64,000 bases of DNA, from contig MU061544.1 in the NCBI GenBank assembly GCA_013265495.1, forward strand, positions 1 through 64,000, in the 5' to 3' direction. This DNA is from Vicugna vicugna (Eukaryota). Positions 51,573-63,885 of this stretch are shown piece after piece; positions within the stretch are counted from its first letter, which is position 1; each line of letters opens with the position of its first letter. The notes beneath the pieces were generated by a model, which saw nothing but the letters and a program-made list of their open reading frames with translations, was not told the origin of the DNA and made no database searches. The translations under genes were made by a program, and so were the position numbers.

Positions 51573-51605
51573 TTATCTATCTATCTATCTACGTATCTAT
51601 CTATC
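51573..51605. repeat. (ATCT)n tetranucleotide repeat, interrupted
   Basis: tatctatctatctatctacgtatctatctatc. Confidence 0.9.
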
Positions 51606-52252
51606 CCTATATATTGAGTCTTCAGCTAAGAAATAATTTAAACAATGATCTTCAATATATTTAAAATATGAATATTTCTACTGCATATTACAATGTACAT
51701 AGAGATTCCTCATATGAGGTGTTACTATCAAGTAAGATAGATTTCAAATAATAAAACAGATTTCTGCATGTAGTTGGGGAATTCATCTTATCATTTTAGG
51801 AAGATGGTTTGTATAACAGGGAGGTAATTCTCCTACTCTAAATCCTACTGGGGAACTATAAAGTAATTCTAATGTATTTTTTATAGTCTAAATATATGAA
51901 ATTCTACATTCATAGATGCCTCAATTCTTAATTCTCTCATTTATGCAAGGGATTTGTGTGATAAAATTATAGCAGATTATATTTCCTAAATCAAAGCATC
52001 ATAGGCTTGGAATTTATTTTAACAATTATCTATTCTGTATCAAGGAATCTTTGGGGATTAAGTCTGTTTAAAAGTTATACATGTTGTGGAAGGAAGTTGG
52101 CAAATGTATTTACTGCCATAAGACTCACTGATAGGCTCTATTTTACAAATAGTGAACTATTCACATGATTTCTCCCCTGCCTTCTCTATCCCAAAGTCCT
52201 CTATTCTGGGATTTCCAGAACAGTTCAGTGGCTGTCCAATAGCCAACTCTCC

Positions 52253-52760
52253 TGTATTAGACTGGATATTCTAGAAGAAGACCCTGACTCATGGAAAAGT
52301 GACCTGCTAGAAAGGATTTCTGGGAAACGAGTTAGGGGAGTGGGAAAGAAGCGCTGGGCTGGGGATGGGACAAGCAGGGACACAGTATCAAGCAAAGGCC
52401 CGTGGAAGATAATGTTGCCTAAATCCTACAGAGGAGCCTTAGCGACAGTGTTGATCACGCTTGAGAGCCATCTCTGGCACGACAGAAGGGAGCTGCAGCA
52501 TCTCTACTCCACGTCCCAGTCAGTTACTGGTTAAACATCTCTTGGCAGGGAAAGGGAAAGGGGACAGTAAATTCCCAGGCAGCCTTCCACACACCCAAGC
52601 AAAGTAGGTTGGCAGTCTGAGGACTGTCCTCAGAACAAAAACATACAGGTGCTGGTTGTTGAGAGTGAAAGCATGTGGTACACATAAAAACAGTAAAAGG
52701 CACAAAAACGATAAAATAGTCCTAGCAGACATGTGCAAAGCGCTGGCAACAATGGCTACA
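52253..52760 (-). mobile_element. ERVL LTR (LTR16-like)
   Basis: tgtattag...agaagaagaccctga, cagtcagttactggtt, aattcccaggca, ends gctaca. Confidence 0.65.
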
Positions 52761-52899
52761 ATACCTCCTCTTTATGCTAAAAAAAGATTCGGACTGGTTT
52801 TGGAGAGTGCCAATGTATAGAGACCAGTTAATCAGGGGCCAGATCACAATTGGTCATTTATGTTTATGGCACTTCTGTTTCCTCTGTCTTTGATTCATC

Positions 52900-53190
52900 A
52901 AAGTGTGAGCATGTGTCCCTTATCTGGTAAATGGAAAAAATCTACTTTAGGCCTCTGGGGAAATGAGTTCTGCCTGAAAAAGTATCATCTTTCCTCCATT
53001 GTTTTCTGCTTTTGATGTTGCCATTTGAGACGATGGTGCCTGGAGTGCCTATCAGGGAAGGACTGAAGGAATGTGCATACTCAAAGACACTGTGAAGCCA
53101 CAGAATCAACTGAGAGATTGCCAATCTCTAGACTTCTGGTCAAATAAATGATAAATGCCTTTTTGACTTAAGTCTGAGATGTTCAATCTA
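52900..53190 (+). mobile_element. LTR33/MLT1-like LTR fragment
   Basis: gatggtgcctggag, gacactgtgaagccacagaatcaac, tctctagacttctggt...gataaatgcctt. Confidence 0.5.
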
Positions 53191-54195
53191 GAGTATGTGT
53201 ATGTCTGGCTCAGTCAAAGACTTCCCCACAAGAGAAAACATGAATTACACAAAGACTTTCAGGTCTTCAACTTCCATAGCCTTTCCTAAAATGCATCTAA
53301 GAAGGGCACACATGTGATGGAGATTCTGGTCCTTCTTTTCCTCCTCCCCTTTCACAACCTCCTTTGCCTCTTGTAAAATAAAGAAAACCTCTACTCTATC
53401 CCTAAACATTGTTGCAGGTGGTAAAAACCTTCCAGATTCCAAACAATGGGACAATTTGCTATAATAGAATCATATTGGTTTGGGAAAGTGAATGACTCTA
53501 ATCACTGCACAGCAAATCCATTTTGTGAGGCAAGTGATTTTCCCTTTGCTGGTTTCCAAGGAATTAAAAGGGGAATCTAATCAAGTTGTTAGCTAAAAGA
53601 TCATTAAAATTCTCTTTGATGGTGGATCATTCGGTTATTTTTGCATACAACTTCAGAGTTCAAAGAACTGAATCACTAAAACAAAACTTCTTTTACTTCT
53701 TGTGAACAAGTTTTTGTTAACACTCTATTACAAAATATTAAAATGAGGATAAAGTCTATGTTCAGCCTTGGCTTACTGCAGCAATAAGAGCCATTCAGCA
53801 TTACATAAACTGTAGAAAGGAAAAGGAAATCCCCATCCATCTCATTAATAGACAAAAACGTCCATAAATTATTTTTCATATTTAATAATTATTTCTCAAA
53901 ATTCTGTCTTGTTTATGTTCTTTTGATCAATTGTGTAGTAATTAATATCATGATGACAACTCCATCCAACCAAAAAATTAATACTGGAGCTTTTTATCAT
54001 AGCAAATTAAAAAATATAATACTTCAAAATACACATATGAGTCATTGGAATATGATAGCAAAATAAATAAAGGAATTAGAAGCAGAAAGTATATCTCATT
54101 AGGATAAATTTTGTGGGAGAAATGGAATGGAAATGCTTGACCAAATTAAAAAAGGAATGAGGTAACATTTTTAGGTATTAAGAGAGAACTATTTG

Positions 54196-54772
54196 GAATA
54201 CTACTCAGCCATAAAAACCGACAACATAATGCCATTTGCAGCAACATGGATGCTCCTGGAGAATGTCATTCTAAGTCAAGTAAGCCAGAAAGAGAAAGAA
54301 AAATACCATATAAGATCGCTCATATGTGGAATCTAAAACACAAAAACAAAAACAAACAAACAAACAAAAACAAAGCATAAATACAGGACAGAAATAGACT
54401 CATGGACAGAGAATACAGACTTGTGGTTACCAGGGGGGTAGAGGGTGGGAAGGGATAGACTAGGATTTCAAAATTGTAGAATAGATAGACAATATTACAC
54501 TGTATAGCACAGGGAAATATACACAAAATGTTATGATAAATCACAGAGAAAAAAATGTGACAATGAGTGTGTATATGTCCATGAATGACTGAAAAATTGT
54601 GAACACTGGAATTTGACACAACATTGTAAAATGATTATAAATCAATAAAAAATGTTAAAAAAAAAAAGAAATATCAAGCAAACTATTTCCCAGAAAAAAA
54701 AATTTGGTTTCAAAGTCAATTTCTGTATCAGCTAAAGAAATATAAAATATATTTTGATCTTAAAAAAAAAAA
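54196..54772 (+). mobile_element. Young lineage-specific L1 3' end carrying a 3' transduction
   Basis: L1 3' end 54196-54667, non-L1 segment 54668-54761, second poly(A); 16-bp TSD with one mismatch at 54180-54195 and 54773-54788. Confidence 0.92.
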
Positions 54773-55042
54773 AAGAAAGAACTATTTGTTTATGTTTAAG
54801 CAGATCATAATGGACATCAAGATAATACAATATTTACACTTCATTGGAAATACCAAAAATGTGACATTCCAATTTAATTTTAAAATGTCACCATTTACAA
54901 TTCACTATAAATTATTTCCTTTGAGATTATTTTAATATTGAACTTGGACATGATAACTTAGAAACATGAGTGGGAGTACATAATTTTACAGAACATTTTT
55001 CTGAGGTATGAGTCCAAAAGTATTTAGAAACCAATGTTTAAG

Positions 55043-55138
55043 ACCAAGACAAATATTGTATGTTCTCACTTATTTGCAGAATCTAAAAAAGCCAAACTCA
55101 AAAAACAGAGTGGAATGAAGAGTAGAAACACAGAGTAG
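55043..55138 (+). mobile_element. Short L1MA-type 3' UTR fragment
   Basis: agacaaatattgtatgttctcacttatttgcagaatctaaaaaa. Confidence 0.7.
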
Positions 55139-55179
55139 GATTCTTCTCTAGGCACACAGATGTCATAGATGTTAAAAAA

Positions 55180-56575
55180 TAAATGGGACCAATGGAACAG
55201 AATAGGGAGCCCAGAAATACACCCACACACTCATGGTCAATTAATCTTTGACAGAGGAGGCAAGAATATACAATGTGGAACAGGTAATCTCTTTGGCAAG
55301 TGGTGTTGGGAAAGCTGGACAGCCACATCTAAATCAATAAAGTTAGAACACTCCCTCATACCATACATAAAAATAAACTCAAAACGGCTTAAAGACTTAA
55401 ACTTAAGACAGGACACCATAAATCTCCTAGAAGAGAACATAGGCAAAACACTCTCTGACATAAATTGTATCTATGTTTTCCTACGTCAGTCTACCAAGGC
55501 AGTAGAAATAAAAGCAAAAATAAACAAATAGGATCTAATAAAACTTATAAGCTTTTACATAGCAAAGGAAATCATCAACAAAATGAAAAGACAACGTATG
55601 GACTGGGAGAAAATATTTACAAACATTGTGCCTGAGAAGGGCTTAATTTCCAGAATATACAAACAGTTCATACAGCCCAGTAACAAAAAAACCAAACAAC
55701 CCAATCCAAAAATGGGCAGAAGACCTAAACAGACATTTGTCCAAAGAAGACATACAGATGGCCAACAAGCACATGAAAAGATGCTCAAAATCACTAATTA
55801 TCAGAGAAATGCAAATCAAAACTACAATGAGATATTATCTCACACTTGTCAGAATGGCTATTATCAAAATGTCTACAAATAAGAAATGCTGGAGAGGATG
55901 TGGAGAAAGGGGAAGCCTTGTACACTGTCAGTGGGAATGTAAAATGATGCAGTCACTGTGGAAAAAGGTATGGAGGTTTCTCAAAAAACTAAAAATACAA
56001 CTACCACATGATCTAGAAATTCCACTCCTGGGTATATATCTGAAAGAAACAAAAACATTAATTCAAAAAGATACATGCACCCCAATGTTCACAGCAGCAT
56101 TATTTACAATTGCCAAGACATGGAAAGAACTTAAGTGTCCATCAGCAAATGAATGAATAAAGAAGATGTGGCATATATAGCCAATGGAACAGTACTCAGC
56201 CATAAGAAAAGAATGAAATATTGCTATTTGCAGCAACACGGATGGACTTGGAGGGCACTATGCTAAGTGAAATAAGTTGGACGGAGAAAGAAATACTGTA
56301 TGATATCACTTATTTGTGGAATCTAAAAAATGAAACAGTAAATACAACAAAAAAGCAGAGTCACAGACACAGAGAACAAACTAGTGGTTACCATTTGGGA
56401 GAGGGGGAGGGGCAATGTAGAGGTCGGGGAGTGGGAGGTACAAACTACTGGATGTAAGATAGACTCAAGGATGTACTGTACAACACAGAGAATATAGCCA
56501 ATATTTTGTAATAACTGTAAATGGAAAGTAACCTTTAAAAATTTTATAATTTTTTAATAAAAAAATTAATTCAAA
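55180..56575 (+). mobile_element. 5'-truncated LINE-1: ORF2 C-terminal region plus 3' UTR
   Basis: Peptides [39 protein letters not shown] (ORF2 cysteine-rich domain), [17 protein letters not shown]. Confidence 0.96.
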
Positions 56576-57521
56576 AATTTTTTTTCCATAACTTCTATAT
56601 TACTTTTCAAAAAATATGTTTTAAACAGTTCAGTTAAATGATGTTTTTCCTTCAAACATCATTTAATCTATTTTAATATAACATTTCCCTATTTGCTTGA
56701 AATGTATCTTTATCGTAAACTTAATTCTTATCCATACATGAGTCTTTTTTGGAATTCTCTCTTCTGCTTTACCACCTTTTGCTACTTCTTCCACTAATTC
56801 TACCTTGTTTCAATGACTTCAGTTTTATTTCATATTTTGGTTTAAAATAAGGTTAGTTCCCTTTAATGTTCTTTTAAAATTATTTCTTGGCACATCTCAC
56901 ATTTTTTCCCTCTTGCCATCTGAGCTTTGAAGTCACTTGGATTATTGGATTATTTCTATAATAGAATAATCTTGATATTTTGTATTGAGAGCACACTAAA
57001 ATCTTAGGTGAATTTAGAGAAAATGGCTATTTTTATAAAATTGATAAGTTTGATCAAAACAATTATAAAGTTCACAAATAGAAACAAGATGAAAAAATAC
57101 AGGACCACTGAGTTAGTCTGTCACACTCTTCCCAGTTACGTACATTTCTCCCTCCTGTCATGGCCATTAGATAGTTGGGAATAAGCTTCTATCAGGTCTG
57201 ACCTTATTTCATTCAATGTAACGAAGAAGAAACAACAACAAAAAACCAAATACAAGAAACCCATAGGAACCTTTGCAAAAGTATAAGGATGTAAGCTGTT
57301 GACTCCAGCCAGGTTAATGTCAGGCCAGAGTAAAATAAAATTTTGCAGAATCTTCTAAACTGTCTACTTTGAGTATTTACAACCCTCTTGGCCTTTGAGT
57401 GCAGCCCCAGTATGTCAGTGACTTAAAGCTTTCCTATTTTTAATTCTCCTTAACTTCCATTCCCCAAACTCTCTCTTCTGTCAAATACAAAGTAAATATT
57501 TTCTTGCATATCTTAAGTAAT

Positions 57522-57723
57522 CTTTTTATTTTGAGATAATTGTAGTCACATGCAGTTGTAAGAAACCATACAGAAAGAGCATGTGCACCTTTCACCCAGT
57601 TACCCCCAATGATAGTATCTTGCAAAATGACAGCACAATATTACAGCCAGGAAATTGACAGTGAAACAATACAACGATCTTGTTCAAATTTCCCGAGTTT
57701 TACGTGAACTCGTGTGTCTGTGT
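57522..57723 (-). mobile_element. L1MC/L1MD-like 3' terminus
   Basis: attttgagataattgtag...cacatgcagttgtaagaaa...cctttcacccagttacccccaatg...atcttgcaaaa. Confidence 0.8.
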
Positions 57724-58485
57724 ATCCCTTTTGTCTACCTCAGATATCATTAACTACTTACAGCAGGCATATGAGTATTTTATCTTCATTACAGAATCAC
57801 AAATTAACATTTTTGCTGTGGATGTGATGTGCTACACAGCCCAGGATGATTTGTAACTGAGTTTAAATGTATTTAATGTTTTAATAATATTAATGTATTA
57901 GGGAAATTAAACCATAGACTGTGCATTTATGACATGTGAACTCTAATGGATCGAGAAAGATATTTCTATTTGTGAGCAAGGGGTTGGTTTCTCATCTGTT
58001 GATTTTAATTTATTAGTATGCAGTCTAGGTGACTGGCTTTCCAAATGAGTTTTTGCCTTCATGTTATTCCAGTGAGACATTTATAATTAATGCTACAGAA
58101 AAATTACACTGGAGTAACATTTAGTCTATCTTTGTCAATAGGAAACAAAAGCATAAATCTAACAGTAGATGGAAAAAATAGAAAACAAGATTGCTTTAGA
58201 ATAAATAGAGTAAATGTTGATTAACTTGCAACGGCATTTTTCTTTGATGAAATTCTATTTGGGTAACAAGCTTATCTTTGTTTCATCTTGTCATAACTAT
58301 TACTTACTTATCCACTGCCATTTGTGTTTAAAGCTCTGATGTGTATTCTCTTATTTTAAAATCATTCGGTGGGCTTTCCTTTTCCTAAGTATATTTGGCT
58401 CATCACAATAGGGAAGAATGTTCGGTCACAAAAACATTCAAATGGAATTCGGAGAGGGTCCTCTTCAACAACAAATAGAAATGGA

Positions 58486-58645
58486 GGGGGGAGGGTATAG
58501 CTTCAGGGGTAGAGCGTCTGCTTAGCAAGCACCAGGAACTGGGTTCAATCCCCAGCACCTCCATTAAATAAACAAACAAACCAACCTAATTACCTCCCCC
58601 CCATAAAAATTAAGAAAAAATGTTCAACATCTTAAAAAAAAAAAA
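58486..58645 (+). mobile_element. tRNA-derived SINE (vic-1-like, full form)
   Basis: gagggtatagcttcaggggtagagc, gggttcaatccccagcacctccatt, acctaattacctcccc; flanks end aatgga on both sides. Confidence 0.93.
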
Positions 58646-59354
58646 GGGAATGGAACCAACGAGAGCTTTGCAGCTAGGGAAAACCTGTTCTTCTGCTTCT
58701 CTATCTTTTATTGTTTATCATTGTTGCTGTTATTACCAGTATCTACAATGGTTGTCAATTTTCTTTTGTTCAGGATTATTGTTCTCCAGAGTTCTGGGCT
58801 ATAAGAAAAGTTTGGGTTCTTTTAAATCGTGGCACATATCTGGGCACGGCTTATTCTGATTTTTAGCATCTGTTTGACTGATAAAATTGGGCAAAGAGCA
58901 AAAAATAATACAGGTAGATGGTTTAGTGTGGTTGCTAAGCTGAAAGTGAAACAGAGGAGCCTGTGCCAGCAGGGGCTCAGGGCACCTTCTGTGGACTGAC
59001 TGACTGATAGTCTTTGGTGCTGTTAAATTTGGAAGATAACCGGTAGAAAAATAATCACCAGAATCCTCATCATTTTTATCATTTTGTTCACCACAAAATC
59101 TGACATGGAGCAAAGCTAAGTGAAAGAGGAAGCCACAAAGAAATTATGAACTACATTTTCTTGAACAAAGCTTCTTTATCCAGAAATATGTTAAGTCCAA
59201 CATTTTATTTTATGCCATTGAAGACTTAGTGTTAATTACTATTCAGTTGGCATGAACAGACTTCAACTTTATAAACTTTAGTTTTCACATCTATAAAGAA
59301 AAAGATAATAATAACATACACTTCATACAAGCTGAAAATATGTTAAGGACCAGA

Positions 59355-59584
59355 GTTCATTCAACAATGAATGTTAATTAAGCATCTACTGTGAGCCAGG
59401 TTACTTTTTCTGGTGTTGGTGTCACAGTTGTCCTTGCCAAGTCCACAGAACCAAGTCCTTGCCCTCATGCAGCTTATATTCTAATAAAAGATGAGACCAA
59501 GAGTTGAGGGAACAGATGAACATGCAGTGTTTAAATGTACTTAATAACATCAAGTAGTGACCAGTCCTGTGAAATAATTTCAGG
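59355..59584 (-). mobile_element. L2 3' end
   Basis: ttcattcaacaa...ttaagcatctactgtgagccagg...gtccttgccctcatgcagcttatattcta. Confidence 0.8.
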
Positions 59585-59600
59585 AAATAAGACGCAACAG

Positions 59601-59945
59601 AGGTTGAGCCAAGATGGTGGAGTAGAGAGGCTCACAGCTTGCCCTCTCCCACAAATACACCAAGAATCACATCTACAAACCCACTGAATCGCACAGAACA
59701 CCTACTGAACCCTGGCAGAGTGTCTCTCACTTTGAAATACAGGAGGATTCTCACAAAATCTGATACAACAGGTACATACTGTACAGCACAGGGAACTATA
59801 TTCAGTATGTTGTAGTAACATGGTGAAAAAGAGTATGAAAATGAATATATGTAGGTTCCTATATGACTGAAGCATTACACTGTACACCAGAAATTGACAC
59901 AACACTGTAAACTAACTATACTTCTATAAAAATATATATAAGAAA
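59601..59945 (+). mobile_element. Bipartite LINE-1 derivative: 5' UTR start fused to distal 3' UTR
   Basis: Starts gagccaagatggtggagtag (L1 5' YY1-type motif); from 59763 matches the L1 3' UTR; 16-bp TSD with two transitions at 59585-59600 and 59946-59961. Confidence 0.85.
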
Positions 59946-60977
59946 AAATAAGATGCAATAGCTCTAAATAGGTACTGATCATAAATTAAAGTGAACCCTT
60001 ATTCAGAAAATCACTTGCAGAATTTAGGTCAGGAAGAAACACTCGATGTGGGTGGCCAATTTCTTTCACAGAAACAAAGCAGCTACCTAGATTGAGAAGA
60101 GCAAGTGTTTCTGTGCAGCCTCGCTTTTCTCCTCCCCTTTCCTTCAAGGGCATCTGGAACACTTCCTGAACAAGTAGGGTCTTCTTAAGCATTGAGAAAG
60201 GAGATTCAATAATTCTCTTAAGGTGTTTTAAAAATATTTTTACAGAAGGGATTTATTCGTTATTTGGGAAGAACTCACATTAGTAATTCAAGTGCTTCTG
60301 TTCAGGAGAATGATGATCAATATTAGACTTTCTGGATTCCTAGACTGAACTCAGTCTGCATGGGTGCACCTTCAGCCAAAGGGAGAAAACTGAACCAGTG
60401 CAGAAGTGTTATGGAATAGTATCTTTGGCTTCAGAGCTTCAATATTATGCAGAGGCTATTTCCCTGTGGTCAATCCACACTGCTCCCCCCTACTCTGAAC
60501 TGGTTTCCTTAACCTGATCATGATGCTCTCAGTTAGATGCTCACAAGGATGGCTTCCTTCTCAGTCGGTATCCTGACATTTTTCCTTTATGCCTTGGTTG
60601 AGGGTCTTGTCTGATTTTTCCGCATCTCCCATCCCATCTGTTGGGTTGCCTATTTTAGCGGAGCTAAGGCCAGGCTTGGCAAGAAAGAAATGAGGGGTTG
60701 AGGCCTGGCTGCAGGTCCAGAAGTTCAGTCGAGAACAGAAGGTGCATCTTTATTAGACACCATCACACTCTGCTGCACATTTCTCTCTTTCTTAAATTCT
60801 TCATCTATTTCCTTATAAAAATATTGATTGAATTTCTGAGTGCCATACAGGGCGCTAGAGCTGTGAAGGTCAATTTATTTTCTTGTGAAAGTCATACTCA
60901 AATGTCAAAATAATTTCTCGTAGTTTTAAGCCCAAAGGGTGAACATTCGTTGCAAATAATTATACAAAATACCAGGA

Positions 60978-61085
60978 GAGGGGGAGCCTGTACCTTGGTG
61001 GTAGGGCACGTGCTTAGTATGCAAAAGGTCCTGGGTTCAATCCCTAGTACTTCCATCAAAAAAAGAAAGAAAGAAAAATAAAAGA
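60978..61085 (+). mobile_element. tRNA-derived SINE (vic-1-like, short form)
   Basis: aggtcctgggttcaatccctagtacttccat plus A-rich tail; 12-bp TSD aaaataccagga at 60966-60977 and 61086-61097. Confidence 0.93.
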
Positions 61086-61744
61086 AAAATACCAGGAAGC
61101 AAACACTCAAAACAATGAGCATTTGTTCTCCACAAAGAAATGATAAAATAGCAAACTTTAAGAGTCACAGAAAACTGAAAATTAAACATGTATTACAGGT
61201 ATGCAGGAGCAATTTTAAAACAAGCTTTCCACCTGATAGATGGTGTGGCCTGTTTCTCAGTTATAGATGATAGGGCCAATTAAAAAATAATATACTTTTT
61301 ATCAGCGATAACAAATTGTCAAGACTTTACTGAGAATTGCTTTATCAGCAACTATGTAGAGCGATAAATCATCATTACACCTCAAGAACACTAGTAAGCT
61401 TCCTGAGAACTCCATGAAATTTTTCCTGTATCATTAACCCTCATTAAAAGGTGGCAAATTTTTGTTTCTTCTCAGAATGATCAGCAATGACACAAATGCA
61501 GCTGAGAACAACTGTGATACAGGTGTCTTACGTTCAGTTTTCGGGGAGTAGTTCATTATTCACGAAGTGATTCAATAATTTTATTTCACTCTGCTCATTC
61601 TGTTGCATAAAATGGAGAAATAAGCTTTGAGGTATCATTTCTAAGTTAGAGGAAATATCAAAGGAATGGACAATTTTTGTCACTGGAATACTATAATAAA
61701 TGTTTTAGTGTTTTAACAAATAAAGTTTAAATTAAAATTTAAAA

Positions 61745-62830
61745 CACTCCATGATGTCACACCAAAGGGAACAAGAGTTGCCACAAGGAAGGCTCCTACC
61801 AGTCAAAGTGGGACAATTTGAACATCAAAAAAAAAAAAAAAGTAATGATAATGGTTTATATTAGATTGAATATAAAAAATTACTGAGTCCATAGTAATAC
61901 TCAAAAAACAAAAAGGACATAAGGGAAAGCTCTTTGTTTAGGAAAAACACTAGCAAACACGTTTATATGTAACAATACAGTCAGAAAACCATCAATGATC
62001 TTTGCAACCACTGATACAATTATTGATTTGGGCAAGAATCATCAACAGATGCTGAAACCATTAGGTGAAATGTTGTAGGGAAACAGGATATTAATATCGT
62101 CTCATAGTACGAAGCCACAGCTGCTTATTAATTACAATGGATAAAAATACCTCTACAACGAAGAGAACTAAAAGACACCACTTTAATTCAGTTTTCAAAG
62201 TAGCATACCCAAAGTGGGACAAAGTGAAATTATGTGTTTTCTGATACCCTATAAGTGCGCATTACATTTATAGAATTCTTAAAAGGCAATATTTGACATG
62301 TATCTAATCACGAGGAAACATTTGGGTAAATCAAAGTGGGGCATTCAATAAGACAATTGACCTGGTCTCTTCAGAATATCACTATCATAAAAGACAAAAA
62401 GAGTTGGTGAGAATTTTCTAGATTAAAAGAAGTTAAAGAGACATGGCAACCAAATGTAGTAAGTGATCCTTGATTGGATCTTGGGCCAGAAACAAAAATT
62501 AGTAAAAGAGTATTTGGAGAAATTCTGGAAATTTTGTCTAGGAACTCTGTGTTAACTAAAATTATTCTATCATTAAACTCCTCGGGAGTGAAACTAGTCT
62601 GGGAGTTACTGCTAGCAGGAGAATGTCCTTATTCTTAAGGGGGATACAGGATGAAGTATTTATGATGTAATGTCATGTCTATAATTTCATTTCAAATGGT
62701 TCAGTCAAGATGATGACATAGATGTAGGAATAGTTACAGTAAATATGGAAAAATAATTTTAAATAGTCGGCTTCTGATGAAAGATATTACTATTATGTTG
62801 TAGTGCTCTTGGATTTTCTTAGCTGCACAG
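61745..62830 (+). mobile_element. L1MC4/L1MC5-like long 3' UTR
   Basis: caaagtgggacaatttgaacatcaaaa, gggcaagaatcatcaacagatgct, tagattaaaagaagttaaagagacatggcaaccaaatg, gtgatccttgattggatc. Confidence 0.82.
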
Positions 62831-63094
62831 TTACAAAATGTAGTCTTAAGACAGATCTGCCATTTTCCACAGCATACGTGGATTATACAGTGAGAAAGAG
62901 TTTCATTTTATCTTTAAATGTTAAAGAAAAATTAGTCAGGCACAGCACTCCATACTATAAATAAAAATAAAATAAAAAAAAGGTGTCTGGAAAGGGTTCT
63001 AGAAAGAAAAGGAGAGATAGTATAGCAGACATTCAGAAGTGAAGGAACACTATGTGGAGAAAAGGAGAAAAAAGAAATTTGCACTGCTTGTTCT

Positions 63095-63210
63095 CATGTT
63101 ATGCTCCATGAAGACAGGCATTTTTGTATGTTTTATTCACTACGTTATCCCAACTCTCTATAATAGTGCTGCCACAAATTAGGTGTTAAATGCCTGATGT
63201 GTGAAAGGTT
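63095..63210 (+). mobile_element. L2 3' end
   Basis: gctccatgaagacagg...tgttttattcact...tatccca...atagtgct. Confidence 0.7.
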
Positions 63211-63486
63211 GTGGAGCTGCACTAGCTGCCTTATACATGCTACCTCATTTAAAGTTATACAACACATCTGAAAGAGAGCAGAGAAAGCAAAGCGACAAGA
63301 CAGACAGAGGGCACATTAGGAAGTGAGAAGCCCTATTTTACATAGGACGGAAGAGAGCGTCAACTACGTGCTGGGAACAGACAGGAGCAATGGTACAAGT
63401 CTAGCTCTGTTCAACACCGTAGCCCAGACATCAAGCCCACAGCCCCTGTAAACAGCATCTAGTCCTTCCCTTTCAATTTAAAAGGG

Positions 63487-63885
63487 AGTGAAAGTCTGAC
63501 AGAGAAAGACAAATATCACATGGCATCACTTATATGTGGAACCTAAAAAAATGATAGAAATGAACTTATTTACAAAACAGAAACAGACTCACGGACATAG
63601 AAAACAAACTTATAGTTCCCAAAGGGGAAAGGGGGAGGGGAAAATTCGGAGTTTGGGATAACAGATACACACTACTATACATGATACAGATCAACAACAA
63701 GGACCTACTGTAGAGCACAGGGAACCATATTCAATATCTTGTAATAACCTACCACGGAAAAGTACCTGAAAAAGAATATAAGTACATATTCACACGCACA
63801 CAAATATATATAAAACTGAATCACTTTGCTGTACACCTGAAACTAACATAACATTGTAAATCAACTATACTTCAATTTAAAAAAA
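63487..63885 (+). mobile_element. Lineage-specific L1 3' end with A-tail
   Basis: gacagagaaagacaaatatcac...tatgtggaacctaaaaaa...acattgtaaatcaactatacttcaatttaaaaaaa. Confidence 0.93.

Noticed and set aside
55169..56457. Longest ORFs in the window (120 and 139 aa)
   Set aside because: L1 ORF2 C-terminal remnants broken by stops and frameshifts
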